Below are positions 39,775-49,719 of a DNA stretch of 64,000 nt, piece after piece. Numbering within the stretch: the first letter of the stretch is position 1; each line of letters opens with the position of its first letter. Under the pieces are notes generated by a model. That model had not been told where the DNA came from, ran no database searches, and saw only the letters and a program-made list of their open reading frames with translations. This DNA is from Candidatus Parcubacteria bacterium (GTDB taxonomy: Bacteria > Patescibacteriota > Minisyncoccia > UBA6257 > JAGOQP01), in NCBI GenBank assembly GCA_025999395.1, contig AP024682.1, positions 367,487 through 431,486 on the forward strand, given 5' to 3'. Position numbers and translations under genes: made by a program.

Positions 39775-40923
39775 TTAAGCTTTTGTGACTATTTTGGCAA
39801 TTTCTCTGGCAATAATGTTAGCGGCTTGGGGTTTAGCAAAATTGCCTATTTTTTCTACCATTGATTGGTACTTCTCTTTGTTGAAAAGAAGGGAATCTAG
39901 TTGGGAAAAAAAGATTGCTGGTCTTAAATTGTCTTCTTCAATTACAATACAGCCCCCTTCCTGAGCATATTCATAGGCATTATAGTATTGATGGTTATTA
40001 GCTGATTCCTTTAAGGGAATAAGAATTGAGGGCTTTTTAAAATAAGCGATTTCAAAGATAGCATTACTCCCGGCTCGAGAAATAACTACATCAGCTGCAA
40101 TGAAAGCTTCTTTTAGGTTTTCTTTAAAGAAATCTATAATTTTGTAGCGGTTTCTTTCTTGAGGAATAAAATCTTTGGTTGCTATCGCTAATTCTGCTTT
40201 AAAACTATTAAAATTGGCAATACCTGTTTGATGAAGAACTTGGCAACGCGAAACCAACTGCTTAACATTATCTAACATAAAATCATTAATTCTTACTGAA
40301 CCCTGTGAACCACCTAAAATTAAAACTAAAGGAAAATCAGGATCAAAACCAAAAATTTGTTTAGCTTTGGCTTGGGTTAACTCCTCATCTTTTTCTAAAA
40401 GAAAAGGGCGAAGCGGGTTTCCTACTAAAGCTGTCTTTTTTTCATCAAAAAACTCTAAAGTTTTACTGAAAGCAACAGCAATTCTTTTAGCAAAATTAGC
40501 AGAAAGAGCATTAGTTGTTCCCGGAATAGAATCTGATTCGTGAATGAAGATGGGAATTTTAAAAAAATAAGCCGCTAAAACTACCGGAAAAGCACCCGTC
40601 CCCCCCTTGGAAAAAAGTAAATCTGGCATCTTCCAAAACATTTTCCAGAAAGCTACCATTAAGGCAAAAGGAAATTTGATAATGTCTAGAAAATTTTCTA
40701 AAGAAAAATAGCGTCTTATTTTTACTTCGACTATTTTTACAATTTCAATATTTAGTTTTTTAAATTCGGGAGCAAAAAATCCGGGATTGCCAAAGTAATA
40801 CATTTTTAAATCAAACTCTGGCAAATTAGTAAATACTTTTTGTAACTCTTGAGCAACCGCTAAGATTGGATTAATGTGCCCTCCCGTTCCCCCTCCTGTA
40901 AAAGCAATTCTAATCTTTTTCAT
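39775..40923 (-). CDS. murG: undecaprenyldiphospho-muramoylpentapeptide beta-N-acetylglucosaminyltransferase
   Basis: FTGGGTGGHINPILAV G-loop; dcw context. Confidence 0.9.
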   Translation of the reverse strand: MKKIRIAFTGGGTGGHINPILAVAQELQKVFTNLPEFDLKMYYFGNPGFFAPEFKKLNIEIVKIVEVKIRRYFSLENFLDIIKFPFALMVAFWKMFWKMPDLLFSKGGTGAFPVVLAAYFFKIPIFIHESDSIPGTTNALSANFAKRIAVAFSKTLEFFDEKKTALVGNPLRPFLLEKDEELTQAKAKQIFGFDPDFPLVLILGGSQGSVRINDFMLDNVKQLVSRCQVLHQTGIANFNSFKAELAIATKDFIPQERNRYKIIDFFKENLKEAFIAADVVISRAGSNAIFEIAYFKKPSILIPLKESANNHQYYNAYEYAQEGGCIVIEEDNLRPAIFFSQLDSLLFNKEKYQSMVEKIGNFAKPQAANIIAREIAKIVTKA

Positions 40924-40978
40924 AAGAAAAATATTAAGGCTATCAAGAATAGATTTTTGAAATTATTTTAACATATTT

Positions 40979-42136
40979 TTAAGTAGAAGAATAACGGGAA
41001 ATATTAGCGATAATCCCTATCATTGTGAGAGTAACCGCAAAAGAAGTTCCTCCGTAACTTATTAAGGGCAACGGCACTCCGGTAAAAGGAAGCACTCCAG
41101 AATTAGCTCCTATATGAATTATTGCTTGAAGAGATATAACTGAAAGAAATCCCAAAAGGCAAAGTTTAGCAAAATCATCATGAGTTTTTTTCATTAATTT
41201 TGTTCCTCTCCAAAAAATAATCATATAAGACGAAATCACTGCTAGACTTCCTATAAATCCAAATTCTTCAGCAATTACTGCGAAAATAGAATCTCCCATT
41301 GGCTCTGGCAAGACACTATATTTACTGGTAGATTTTCCAAAACCTACTCCTTTTAAGCCACCAGCGCTAATAGAAGAAAGAGCCTGCTCTAAATGAAATT
41401 TGTCGACCTTTTCAATATTATCTTTTAAGATTAGAGAGGGAAAAAATTTTTCGGCTAAGATATTCCAATAGGGAGCAATCCGATAAAGTCGATAAGGGGT
41501 TATTAAGGCTAAAAGAGCAATTGCAGTTAAGCCCAAAAGAAAAGTTAGAGTAATTTGTTTCCAAGAAGCGCCGCTAAAAAGATAAATTATTGCTCCGGCC
41601 GAAAGGATAATAACGGCAGTGGTAGTGGCTGGTTGAAGAAAAATTAATCCTCCCACAACGGCAGAAACAAAAAAGAAAATCCAATAAACCTTCCAACTTT
41701 TTTTTAGATCTCTTAGTTGATTACTTGAAAGAAGTCCGGCCAAATAAAGAATAAAGGTTATTTTTAAAAACTCTGAGGGTTGAAAAGAAATAAATCCTAA
41801 ATCAATCCATCGGGCTGAGCCGTGAGATTTAAAGCCCAAAGGAGTAAAAACCAAAAAGAGAGCTAATAAATTAGCAGCAAAGAGAAACGGGGAAATTTTT
41901 TTTAGATAGCGGTAGTAAATAAAGTAAGCAAATATAAAACCCACTAAACCCGGTAAAAAACCCTTAAAAAATTGATTCTTAACAAAAAAAAGAGCATCAT
42001 TATATTTTATTTTAGCTAAATCTGAAGAAGCTGAAGAAAGAAAAAAGAATCCAGCAATGATTAAAAAAAGAGTTACCCCCAAAAAGATATAATCAGGTTT
42101 ATGTCTTGAGGATAAGACTATTTTTTTAAAAATCAT
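40979..42136 (-). CDS. ftsW: SEDS family lipid II flippase/peptidoglycan polymerase (FtsW/RodA)
   Basis: 10-TM SEDS pattern, location between mraY and murG. Confidence 0.85.
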   Translation of the reverse strand: MIFKKIVLSSRHKPDYIFLGVTLFLIIAGFFFLSSASSDLAKIKYNDALFFVKNQFFKGFLPGLVGFIFAYFIYYRYLKKISPFLFAANLLALFLVFTPLGFKSHGSARWIDLGFISFQPSEFLKITFILYLAGLLSSNQLRDLKKSWKVYWIFFFVSAVVGGLIFLQPATTTAVIILSAGAIIYLFSGASWKQITLTFLLGLTAIALLALITPYRLYRIAPYWNILAEKFFPSLILKDNIEKVDKFHLEQALSSISAGGLKGVGFGKSTSKYSVLPEPMGDSIFAVIAEEFGFIGSLAVISSYMIIFWRGTKLMKKTHDDFAKLCLLGFLSVISLQAIIHIGANSGVLPFTGVPLPLISYGGTSFAVTLTMIGIIANISRYSST

Positions 42137-42173
42137 TTTTCAATGAAAAGCTAATACTTTTGCTTTTTGATTA

Positions 42174-43691
42174 TTAAGGTCGATGTCTTAAAACCTCTCC
42201 CCCGCCTTTAAAATTGGGATTTAACTCTCCTTCATCAACCGCTATTTGACCGTTAACAAAAACGGTTTTAATTTCAAAATCTTTATTAAAAATTACTAAA
42301 TCGGCAAAATACCCATCACTAATCATTCCCCTTTTTTCTAACTTTAAGATTTTTGCTGGGAGTCCAGAGATTTTATAAATTGCTTTTTCTATACTTAATC
42401 CTAAACTAGATGTTTTTTTCAAGAAGGCAGGAAAGCTTTTGAAAGCTCTTTCTGGTTTAAAGGTTAGCGGTAAGTCATCAAAATTAGGACTGTTAGAAGA
42501 AATTAAAGAGCGAGAAGAAAGAAGTGATTTTTCTATTTCGGAGTCATTTAAATTTCTATAAAGAATAACCGCTCTTAAGCGAGTCTCTTTCATTAAACTT
42601 AAAAGAACCTCCTTTTCTTCTTTTAAGTTTCTATTTGAAGCAAATTCTTTTAGTGTTTTACCATTAAGTTTTTCTAATCCCGGAGCGTTAAGAATAACAA
42701 CTTCTTCTAGTTTTAAAGAAGGAAGCAGCTTTTTAACTTCTTTAGCAATTTTGGAATCATCAAGTTTTTCTAAAATTAATTCTCGATCGGCATTTTTGAT
42801 GGATTCCGGAATAAAGTTATCTATGGGAACAGCGCTTAAATCAAAAGGATTAACATCAAAATAGACTTCTACTTGATTGCTTTTTTCCTCAATTAAACTT
42901 AAGGCTTGATTAAAATTTTCTTCAAATCCCAAAAACGGCCTTAAGTGACTAATAACCGTTACTATTCCTATTTCTTGAGCTAATCGAAGAATTTCCTTAA
43001 CTGAATCAATGATAAATCTTTTTTCATCTTTTAAATGGACGGTGAAAATTCCTTTTAATTGTTTAACAATGTCTAACAAAGCTCTTAATTCGTAATAAGA
43101 GATATTTTGGTAAGGGTAATAACCTAACCCCGCCGACATTCCAAAAGCTCCTTCTTTTAAAGACTGGGAAAGGATAAAACGAAAAACGCGAATTTCGTTG
43201 GCAGTTAAATCTCTGAAAGTTTGAGGGTTTTTCATAATATCTTCCCGAATTACCCGGTGTCCCACTAAAGTTGCTAGATTTGGGCCAATTTTTCCCTGTT
43301 TTTCTAAGGAATTAAGAAATTCCCCCACCCCCTTCCAATCAAGGTTGATATGATTAGTTTTTGACCAGCTCCAAAGATGATTGAGTGATCCGTAAAGATT
43401 AGGAGCTAAAGAAAATCCGCAATGACCAATAAGAATAGTAGTCACTCCTTGTTTAAGAAAATCCTTGCAAAGAGGCGAAGAAAAAAGAGTTAAGTATCTA
43501 TCAGAAGTGTTATTAAAATCAATAAAGCCCGGAGCTAAATAAGATTCGTTTCCTAAAATAACTTTATCTGCCTTATAAGAAGGAAAACTCCCAATGGCAA
43601 TAATTTTTTTATCTCTAACTAAAACATCAGCCTTGTGGGAACTGCGACCACTTCCATCTATCAAAATAACATTTTTGATTAAAGTGGTCAT
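42174..43691 (-). CDS. amidohydrolase-fold protein (D-aminoacylase-like) with degenerate metal-binding motif
   Basis: N-terminus IKNVILIDGSG...ADVLVRDKKIIAIG...APGFIDFNNTSD where family consensus is GFID-H-x-H. Confidence 0.7.
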   Translation of the reverse strand: MTTLIKNVILIDGSGRSSHKADVLVRDKKIIAIGSFPSYKADKVILGNESYLAPGFIDFNNTSDRYLTLFSSPLCKDFLKQGVTTILIGHCGFSLAPNLYGSLNHLWSWSKTNHINLDWKGVGEFLNSLEKQGKIGPNLATLVGHRVIREDIMKNPQTFRDLTANEIRVFRFILSQSLKEGAFGMSAGLGYYPYQNISYYELRALLDIVKQLKGIFTVHLKDEKRFIIDSVKEILRLAQEIGIVTVISHLRPFLGFEENFNQALSLIEEKSNQVEVYFDVNPFDLSAVPIDNFIPESIKNADRELILEKLDDSKIAKEVKKLLPSLKLEEVVILNAPGLEKLNGKTLKEFASNRNLKEEKEVLLSLMKETRLRAVILYRNLNDSEIEKSLLSSRSLISSNSPNFDDLPLTFKPERAFKSFPAFLKKTSSLGLSIEKAIYKISGLPAKILKLEKRGMISDGYFADLVIFNKDFEIKTVFVNGQIAVDEGELNPNFKGGGEVLRHRP

Positions 43692-43698
43692 AGGGGGT

Positions 43699-44748
43699 TT
43701 AATTTAAAATCATTCTAGAGAGGAAAAAGAGAACTAATCCTAAACCATTAGAAACCGCCGTAATTATCCAAAATCTCATTGTAACACGAGATTCATGCCA
43801 ACCCAAAGCTTCGAAATGATGATGAATAGGAGTAGAAAGGAAAATTTTTCTTTTAAAAAGTTTTTTGGAGATTGTTTGAATAATTACTGATAGTGACTCA
43901 ATAACTAAGATTGGAGCAAATAAAGGCAAGAAAAGAATAGTGTTAGTTAATAAAGAAATGGTTCCCAAAGTAATTCCTAAAGCCATCGAGCCGGTATCTC
44001 CCATAAAAAATTTTGCTGGATAAATATTAAACCACAAAAAAGCCAAAAGCGCTCCTGCTAGTGTTGCAGAGAAAGCTCCTAATTCGTATCTTCCTAAAGC
44101 AAAGGCTACTACCGTTAAAGAACCAAAGGAAAAAAGTGAAACTCCTGCCAGAAGGCCATCTAAACCATCGGTTTCATTTGCAGAAAAAGCCGAAGCGAAA
44201 ATAATAAAGATAAAAAGAGGAATATACCAGCCATCTATCTCAATGTTGCCTACAAAAGGAATGTGAAGTACTGTCCAGTTAAGCTTAAAATAAAACCAAT
44301 AAGCGCCCAACAAAGAAATTAAGAAATAAAGAAGAAGCTTTCTTTTAATAGACATTCCTCCTCCGTTAGGACCTTTTTTAAAAACTCCAAATAAGTCATC
44401 AATAAGCCCTAAAATAGCTGCTATTAACATCGCCGCCAAAGGTAAGTAGGTTTGGGCTCTATCTACAAAATTAAAATATCTCCAAAAACCATCAAAAATT
44501 TTATCTAAAAGGAGAAAAAGAAAGGCCAACCCAATAACTGTTCCCCAAATAATTACTCCTCCCATAGTGGGAGTTCCTTCTTTGTTTTTGTGCAAAGATG
44601 AAAAAATTGGAGTTTCAGGACTTTGTCTTATTTGTTTTCCTATTTTGTAACGGTAAAGAATTTTAATCACTACTGGCGTTAAAGCTAAAGCAGTAAAGAA
44701 AGAAATTCCCATTAAAATTAGAATTCTAACAACTTGAGAGGTAAGCAT
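43699..44748 (-). CDS. mraY: phospho-N-acetylmuramoyl-pentapeptide transferase
   Basis: PTMGG, DGLDGLAG, FMGDTGS motifs. Confidence 0.93.
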   Translation of the reverse strand: MLTSQVVRILILMGISFFTALALTPVVIKILYRYKIGKQIRQSPETPIFSSLHKNKEGTPTMGGVIIWGTVIGLAFLFLLLDKIFDGFWRYFNFVDRAQTYLPLAAMLIAAILGLIDDLFGVFKKGPNGGGMSIKRKLLLYFLISLLGAYWFYFKLNWTVLHIPFVGNIEIDGWYIPLFIFIIFASAFSANETDGLDGLLAGVSLFSFGSLTVVAFALGRYELGAFSATLAGALLAFLWFNIYPAKFFMGDTGSMALGITLGTISLLTNTILFLPLFAPILVIESLSVIIQTISKKLFKRKIFLSTPIHHHFEALGWHESRVTMRFWIITAVSNGLGLVLFFLSRMILN

Positions 44749-44764
44749 AAGTCTTTAAATTAAG

Positions 44765-45865
44765 TTAATTATTTTGTTGTTCAAGACACTTAAGCAACTT
44801 TTCTACATCACTAAAACGATTGCGGCTCGCCAAAACTCCTATAAAAAAGGTTCCTTGATTCTTCTTAAATAATGTTACCAAATTTTCACCCGAAGCATCA
44901 ATAAAGCCAGTTTTCCCTCCAAAAAAGTTTGGTTGACCGGCAAAAAGATTAATATTGGAAAAAGTTTTTATTTTACCACTCCCCTCTTCTCTTAAAGAAA
45001 CACTTTTCTTTCGACTAATATCCAAAATAAGTGGATTGTTATGATAAATGTAATTTATTAAAAGATAAATATCTTCTAAAGTTGATTGGTTCAGATAAGA
45101 AAGTCCCGTTGGTTCATCAAAGGAAGTATTTTTCATTCCCAATTCCTTAGCTTTTTGATTCATTTTTAAAATAAAATCATTGTAGCCAAATCCTTCTGCC
45201 AAAGAATAAGCCGCTTCATTACTAGAAAAAACTAAAGCAGCTTTAATTAGACTTTCTACAGAGTATTTCTCTTTTTCCAATAAGATGTGACTATTATAAG
45301 CCTTTTGAAAGGCTTGAGGACTAATTTCTAAAACACTTGAAAGATTCATGTTCTCTAAAGCAACTAAGGCGGTCATTAGTTTAGTAATAGAAGCAATTGG
45401 CCAGCGATAGTTAGAGCGGTTTTCAAAAATTGTTTTATTGTTTTCTATATTTTTAACCAAAAAGAATTCTGTTTCTAAAGAAGAACAATTTTGTTTAGAA
45501 TCTTTTTCTTTAGCCAGAGAAGATTCTTCAACTAAAGTCGTTTCCGAAATTTTCCTGTTTTCCGAAATTTTAGAGTAAGATAAATTTTGGCTTTCGCTGC
45601 TATTGGCGTTGCGAAGCAGCAGAGTTTTTTCTTGGCTTTGAGGGATTTCTTTTTGAGAAGGTTGAGGGGGTAAATTAGAATTAGTTTCCTGATTTTTTGA
45701 AAGAATATCTGAATCATCTGCTTTTTCTCTTAAAACAACAAAAGCTGCTGTTTGATTTTTTTCAGAAAAGAATTGATTTCTCGAGAAAACATTCGTCTTG
45801 GAAGAAAGAGACAAGGAAATAAAGATTATAAAGATAAGAATTAAAGCTTGAAACTTTACGCTCAT
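44765..45865 (-). CDS. dacA: D-alanyl-D-alanine carboxypeptidase (S11, PBP5-like) with long low-complexity N-terminal region
   Basis: SITK (SxxK), SSN (SxN), KTG motifs. Confidence 0.85.
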   Translation of the reverse strand: MSVKFQALILIFIIFISLSLSSKTNVFSRNQFFSEKNQTAAFVVLREKADDSDILSKNQETNSNLPPQPSQKEIPQSQEKTLLLRNANSSESQNLSYSKISENRKISETTLVEESSLAKEKDSKQNCSSLETEFFLVKNIENNKTIFENRSNYRWPIASITKLMTALVALENMNLSSVLEISPQAFQKAYNSHILLEKEKYSVESLIKAALVFSSNEAAYSLAEGFGYNDFILKMNQKAKELGMKNTSFDEPTGLSYLNQSTLEDIYLLINYIYHNNPLILDISRKKSVSLREEGSGKIKTFSNINLFAGQPNFFGGKTGFIDASGENLVTLFKKNQGTFFIGVLASRNRFSDVEKLLKCLEQQNN

Positions 45866-45879
45866 TTTCTAAATAAAGT

Positions 45880-46464
45880 TTAATTTTTATTTTCTCTTTG
45901 GTTTTCTTCCTGAAAAAGGCTGTTTTTAATCTCTGAAAATTTCTGAAAGTTAGGAAGTTCTTCTATTTTACTTAAACCTAAATATTTCAGTAATTCAAAA
46001 CTTGGTTGATAAAGATAGAAGTTTCCTTTTGTTTTTCTTTCAATTAATCCTCGGATAAGTAAATTTCTTAAGGTAAAACTGGAGTTTACTCCTCGAATAT
46101 AGTCAATTTGAGCTCGGGAAATTGGTCCAAAATAAGCAATTATAGAAAGAGTTTCTAAAGCAGCGGGAGTTAATTCTTCTTTCAAATTTTCTTTTACAAA
46201 GGCTTCAAGAAGCGGAGCAAATTGTGGTTTAGTTACTAAAGCGTAAGTTTCTTCTTTTTCCACCAGCATTATTCCTCTTTTTTCTTGTTTTGTTTCTTCT
46301 GCTAATTGATTGAGAGCCTCTTTTATTTCCTGCAAAGAAACTCCAAAAATTTTACATAACTTTTCTTTTTCAATAGGTTCTCCGTAAAGAAAAAGAAAAG
46401 CTTCTAAAGCAGCTAAAAGGTTGTTATTTGAGGAAAAATTATAAAGTTGATTATTCTCGCTCAT
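45880..46464 (-). CDS. scpB: segregation and condensation protein B
   Basis: Winged-helix ScpB pattern, position after scpA with 4-nt overlap. Confidence 0.85.
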   Translation of the reverse strand: MSENNQLYNFSSNNNLLAALEAFLFLYGEPIEKEKLCKIFGVSLQEIKEALNQLAEETKQEKRGIMLVEKEETYALVTKPQFAPLLEAFVKENLKEELTPAALETLSIIAYFGPISRAQIDYIRGVNSSFTLRNLLIRGLIERKTKGNFYLYQPSFELLKYLGLSKIEELPNFQKFSEIKNSLFQEENQRENKN

Positions 46465-47231
46465 ATTTTTCTTTCTTCTCTTTTACTGTTAGATAATTGC
46501 TCTATTTCTATTTCTCCAAAAGTAATTTTCTGGCTGACCTTAAGAATCTGATCTCTTAATAAGTGAAGCAAAGCCAGAAACATAACGATTATTTCTTCTT
46601 TTGGCTTTTGAGTTATCATTTGAGAAAAGTGAGAAATTCCTTGAGATATTTTTTTAAAAATTTCTTTGATTTTGTCTTCCAAGCTAAAAAGCTGTCTTTC
46701 TATTTTTTCTGTTTCAATAAAAAAAGAGTGTAAAGAATCTAATATTGAATTAAGACTAAAGGCTAAAGTTTCTGGAGAAATATTTTTGGAGGGATAAAAA
46801 ACAGGGTTTACCGACAAAAGCATTTCTCGAGAAAAAGATTGTTCTTGTTTATTCCATTGTTGTTTCATATTTAAGAAAATGGGGCGAATTTTTTGATAAA
46901 TTTCTAATCTCTTTTCTAGATCTTGAATGCTTTGCTCTTCTTCTTGGGATAGCTCTAAATTGGGAATTAGCGCTTTTGATTTAATCAGAATTAACTGAGC
47001 CGCTACCACTAAAAAATCAGCCAGGATTTTCGGACTTACTTGACTTTTTGTTTGATTATTTTCGTCTGATTCTTTTGGGCCTTGCTGAGAAAGAGAACGA
47101 ACATAATTTAAAAAATCTGCTGTTACTTCTGCTAAGCTAATTCTTGTTATATCTAACTTTTTAGACTCAATCAATTCCAGCAGTTTTTCTAAAGGCCCAG
47201 AAAATTCAGCTGATTTCACTTCAAAATCCAT
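46461..47231 (-). CDS. scpA: segregation and condensation protein A
   Basis: ScpA-like N-terminus FSGPLEKLLELIESKKLDITRISLAEVTADFL. Confidence 0.85.
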   Translation of the reverse strand: MDFEVKSAEFSGPLEKLLELIESKKLDITRISLAEVTADFLNYVRSLSQQGPKESDENNQTKSQVSPKILADFLVVAAQLILIKSKALIPNLELSQEEEQSIQDLEKRLEIYQKIRPIFLNMKQQWNKQEQSFSREMLLSVNPVFYPSKNISPETLAFSLNSILDSLHSFFIETEKIERQLFSLEDKIKEIFKKISQGISHFSQMITQKPKEEIIVMFLALLHLLRDQILKVSQKITFGEIEIEQLSNSKREERKI

Positions 47232-47362
47232 ACTTTCTCAATTATACTGGAGAAAAACACCTCTTTCAATGAATAGAAAAGAATTTATTTCTGCTTTGAA
47301 ATTAGGATTTTTACAATTAGATAAATTTAATTTATACTTATTTTAGATTTAATTTTTGTTTA

Positions 47363-48475
47363 ATGTTGGCTATTTATCGTAAATATCGCCCTAAAAATCT
47401 TTCGGAGATTTTTGGGCAAGAAGAGACAATAAAAATCCTTCAAAGCTCAGCTGCCGAAGGAAAAATTTCTCATGCTTACCTTTTTTACGGACCGCGCGGA
47501 ACTGGAAAGACAACAACCGCTCGAATATTTTCCAAGGTAGTCAACTGCCAAAAAAGACAAGAAGATTCTTCTTTTTTTAAAAAAGGAGAACCTTGTAATC
47601 AATGTTTAGTTTGTCATCAAATCGACGATGGCCAAGCACTAGATATTATTGAGATTGACGCAGCTTCTAACAGAGGCATCGATGAAATTCGAGATTTGAA
47701 GGAAAAGGTAAAAACTTTACCAGTTTACTATAAATATAAGGTTTTTATCATCGATGAGGTTCATATGCTTACCCCTCAGGCTTTTAATGCTCTTTTAAAA
47801 ACTTTAGAAGAGCCGCCTTCTTATGTGATTTTTATTCTTGCTACTACTGAATACGAAAAACTGCCGGCCACTATTGTTTCCCGCACTCAAAGGTTTTATT
47901 TTCGTAAATTAACCCTACAAGAAATAACTAAAAAACTTGAGTTAATCAGTGAAAAAGAAAAAATTAGTTTTGAAAAAGAGGCTTTAGAAATGATTGCTTA
48001 TTTAGCTGATGGCAGTTTGAGAGATGCTGAATCTCTCTTGGATCAAATTATTTCTCTAAAAGGAAAAAAAGTTACTGTAGATTATGTTGAAACTATTTTA
48101 GGAAAGGTAGGTTTTATGAAGGTAATTAAAATGGCGGAATTTATCCTAAAAAAAGATTTAAAAGAAGCCTTAAATTTTCTTTATGAGATTAATAACGAAG
48201 GTCATAATCTTTTTCAATTTAACAAAGATTTAACAGAATATTTGAGAAGAATTCTTTCTCTTTCTCTTAATCCTCAGTTAGAAAAAATTTTCGAAAAAGA
48301 AATTTCTCAAAGTCAGCTTAAAGAAATAAAAAAACAATCAACTAAAATAGATACCTCTTACCTTATTAAAGTTATAAAATCGTTAATCGAAGCTTATAGC
48401 CAAATGAGATATAACCCCTTCCCCATTGTTCCTTTTGAGGTGGCCCTTATTGAAAATTTGAGGGAAAAGGAGTAA
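47363..48475 (+). CDS. dnaX: DNA polymerase III subunit gamma/tau, gamma-length only (370 aa)
   Basis: HAYLFYGPRGTGKTT, zinc module C..C..C, IDAAS, IDEVHML, SRTQRF. Confidence 0.9.
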   Translation: MLAIYRKYRPKNLSEIFGQEETIKILQSSAAEGKISHAYLFYGPRGTGKTTTARIFSKVVNCQKRQEDSSFFKKGEPCNQCLVCHQIDDGQALDIIEIDAASNRGIDEIRDLKEKVKTLPVYYKYKVFIIDEVHMLTPQAFNALLKTLEEPPSYVIFILATTEYEKLPATIVSRTQRFYFRKLTLQEITKKLELISEKEKISFEKEALEMIAYLADGSLRDAESLLDQIISLKGKKVTVDYVETILGKVGFMKVIKMAEFILKKDLKEALNFLYEINNEGHNLFQFNKDLTEYLRRILSLSLNPQLEKIFEKEISQSQLKEIKKQSTKIDTSYLIKVIKSLIEAYSQMRYNPFPIVPFEVALIENLREKE

Positions 48476-48500
48476 CTTATTTAGAGAATTTTAGAAGATT

Positions 48501-48571
48501 TGGGGGATCGTCTAACGGTAGGACAGCGGCCTTTGGAGCCGTTAATCCAGGTTCGAATCCTGGTCCCCCAG
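48501..48571 (+). tRNA. tRNA-Gln (anticodon UUG)
   Basis: Folded by hand: U1-A72 acceptor, D stem GTCT/GGAC, anticodon loop CTTTGGA, T arm CCAGG-TTCGAAT-CCTGG, discriminator G. Confidence 0.85.
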
Positions 48572-48606
48572 CTAATAACGTTTTTATTTAAGAACTCGTT
48601 TTCTCT

Positions 48607-49698
48607 TTATTCTCTTTTTTTGAAAGCAAGAAAGATGAGTAAAATGAGGATAATAAACAAGAGAATCAATCCAAGAGTAACTAAGTTATTGTTAGTTCCT
48701 ACTGTTTGAAGAATAGAGGCTTGAAGCGAATTATTATTTGAATAATAGTTTGGGCTAGCTTCCCCACTTCCTGTATAAACATACTGATGAGAAGGAACTA
48801 TAGAAACACTGTAGCCGGGGAAGTTGTTATAAGGAGGATTGACGGAATAAGAGAGATTGTTTGAATATGAATCTTCTGGATAAAGATAAACATATTTTAC
48901 TTGAGGTTCTTGATAAGAAGGATTATTAGTTGAAACACCAAGAGTAGTAAAGCTTAAAATTTGACCGAAAACGGTATTATTTCCACTTGCTAAAACCGCT
49001 CGATAATAGTAAGTGGTAGCCGGATTAAGCCCTCTAACCGTAGCCCAAAAAGTAGGAATTAAATTTTGGGAAGAATAATAAGAAGATGGAAAAATAGTGA
49101 TAGCAGAAGTTCTTTGGTTTAGATTATTAGGAGAAGTTCCATACTCAAACCAAGCTACTCTGTTTTCATTACTCGTTGAAGCTAATCCCCATAAAACCGC
49201 CTCGTAGCTTCCTATGTTTTGGGCGGGATTAGTTGAAACAGTTAGATAGTTACTATCAGAATAATTGTTTTGAGTAATAAAGCTAAGAGTATTTCCGTAA
49301 GTAGTTCCATAAGTATTAAAAGCCACTAAACGAAAATAATAAGTTGTATAAGGATTAAGGTTATTCAAAGTATAGGAAACATTTCCTGCTGAAGAGGTTA
49401 GTTGAAGAGGGGTTATCGAATCAAAAGAAGGACTTCGGCTGTATTCAAAATAATAGGTAGTCTGATAGCCCTTGGGATCAACATAACCATTTAAAGTGGC
49501 GGAGGTAGTAGAAATGTTAGTTGCTGAAAATGTTTGAACAAAGGGAGCATTATTAGTGGTTTGAGAAAAAACTAATTCTCTACTTCCGGCAATTATTAGC
49601 ACAAGAGATAACAAAATTGGTAAAAAGTAGGCCTTTTTCATATTCTTAAAATAGAAATAATTATTTTTGAGAATATCACAAAATTTATAAATCGGCAA
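48607..49698 (-). CDS. secreted/cell-surface protein: signal peptide, two FN3-like repeats, Tyr/Ser/Asn-rich stalk, C-terminal TM anchor + KKRE
   Basis: Repeats ...LNPYTTYYFRLVAFNTYGTTYG... and ...LNPATTYYYRAVLASGNNTVFG...; C-terminal LVTLGLILLFIILILLIFLAFKKRE. Confidence 0.7.
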   Translation of the reverse strand: MPIYKFCDILKNNYFYFKNMKKAYFLPILLSLVLIIAGSRELVFSQTTNNAPFVQTFSATNISTTSATLNGYVDPKGYQTTYYFEYSRSPSFDSITPLQLTSSAGNVSYTLNNLNPYTTYYFRLVAFNTYGTTYGNTLSFITQNNYSDSNYLTVSTNPAQNIGSYEAVLWGLASTSNENRVAWFEYGTSPNNLNQRTSAITIFPSSYYSSQNLIPTFWATVRGLNPATTYYYRAVLASGNNTVFGQILSFTTLGVSTNNPSYQEPQVKYVYLYPEDSYSNNLSYSVNPPYNNFPGYSVSIVPSHQYVYTGSGEASPNYYSNNNSLQASILQTVGTNNNLVTLGLILLFIILILLIFLAFKKRE

Positions 49699-49719
49699 GA
49701 GTGGGATCAGCTGTAAAAT

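Noticed and set aside
42174-43691. Possibility that the gene between mraY and ftsW is murD
   Set aside because: There is no MurD/Mur-ligase P-loop (GxxGK[ST]) and no ligase pattern. The N-terminus matches the amidohydrolase (D-aminoacylase-like) fold instead.
48500-48709. 69-aa ORF on + strand
   Set aside because: Its 5' part is exactly the tRNA-Gln gene, so it is spurious.
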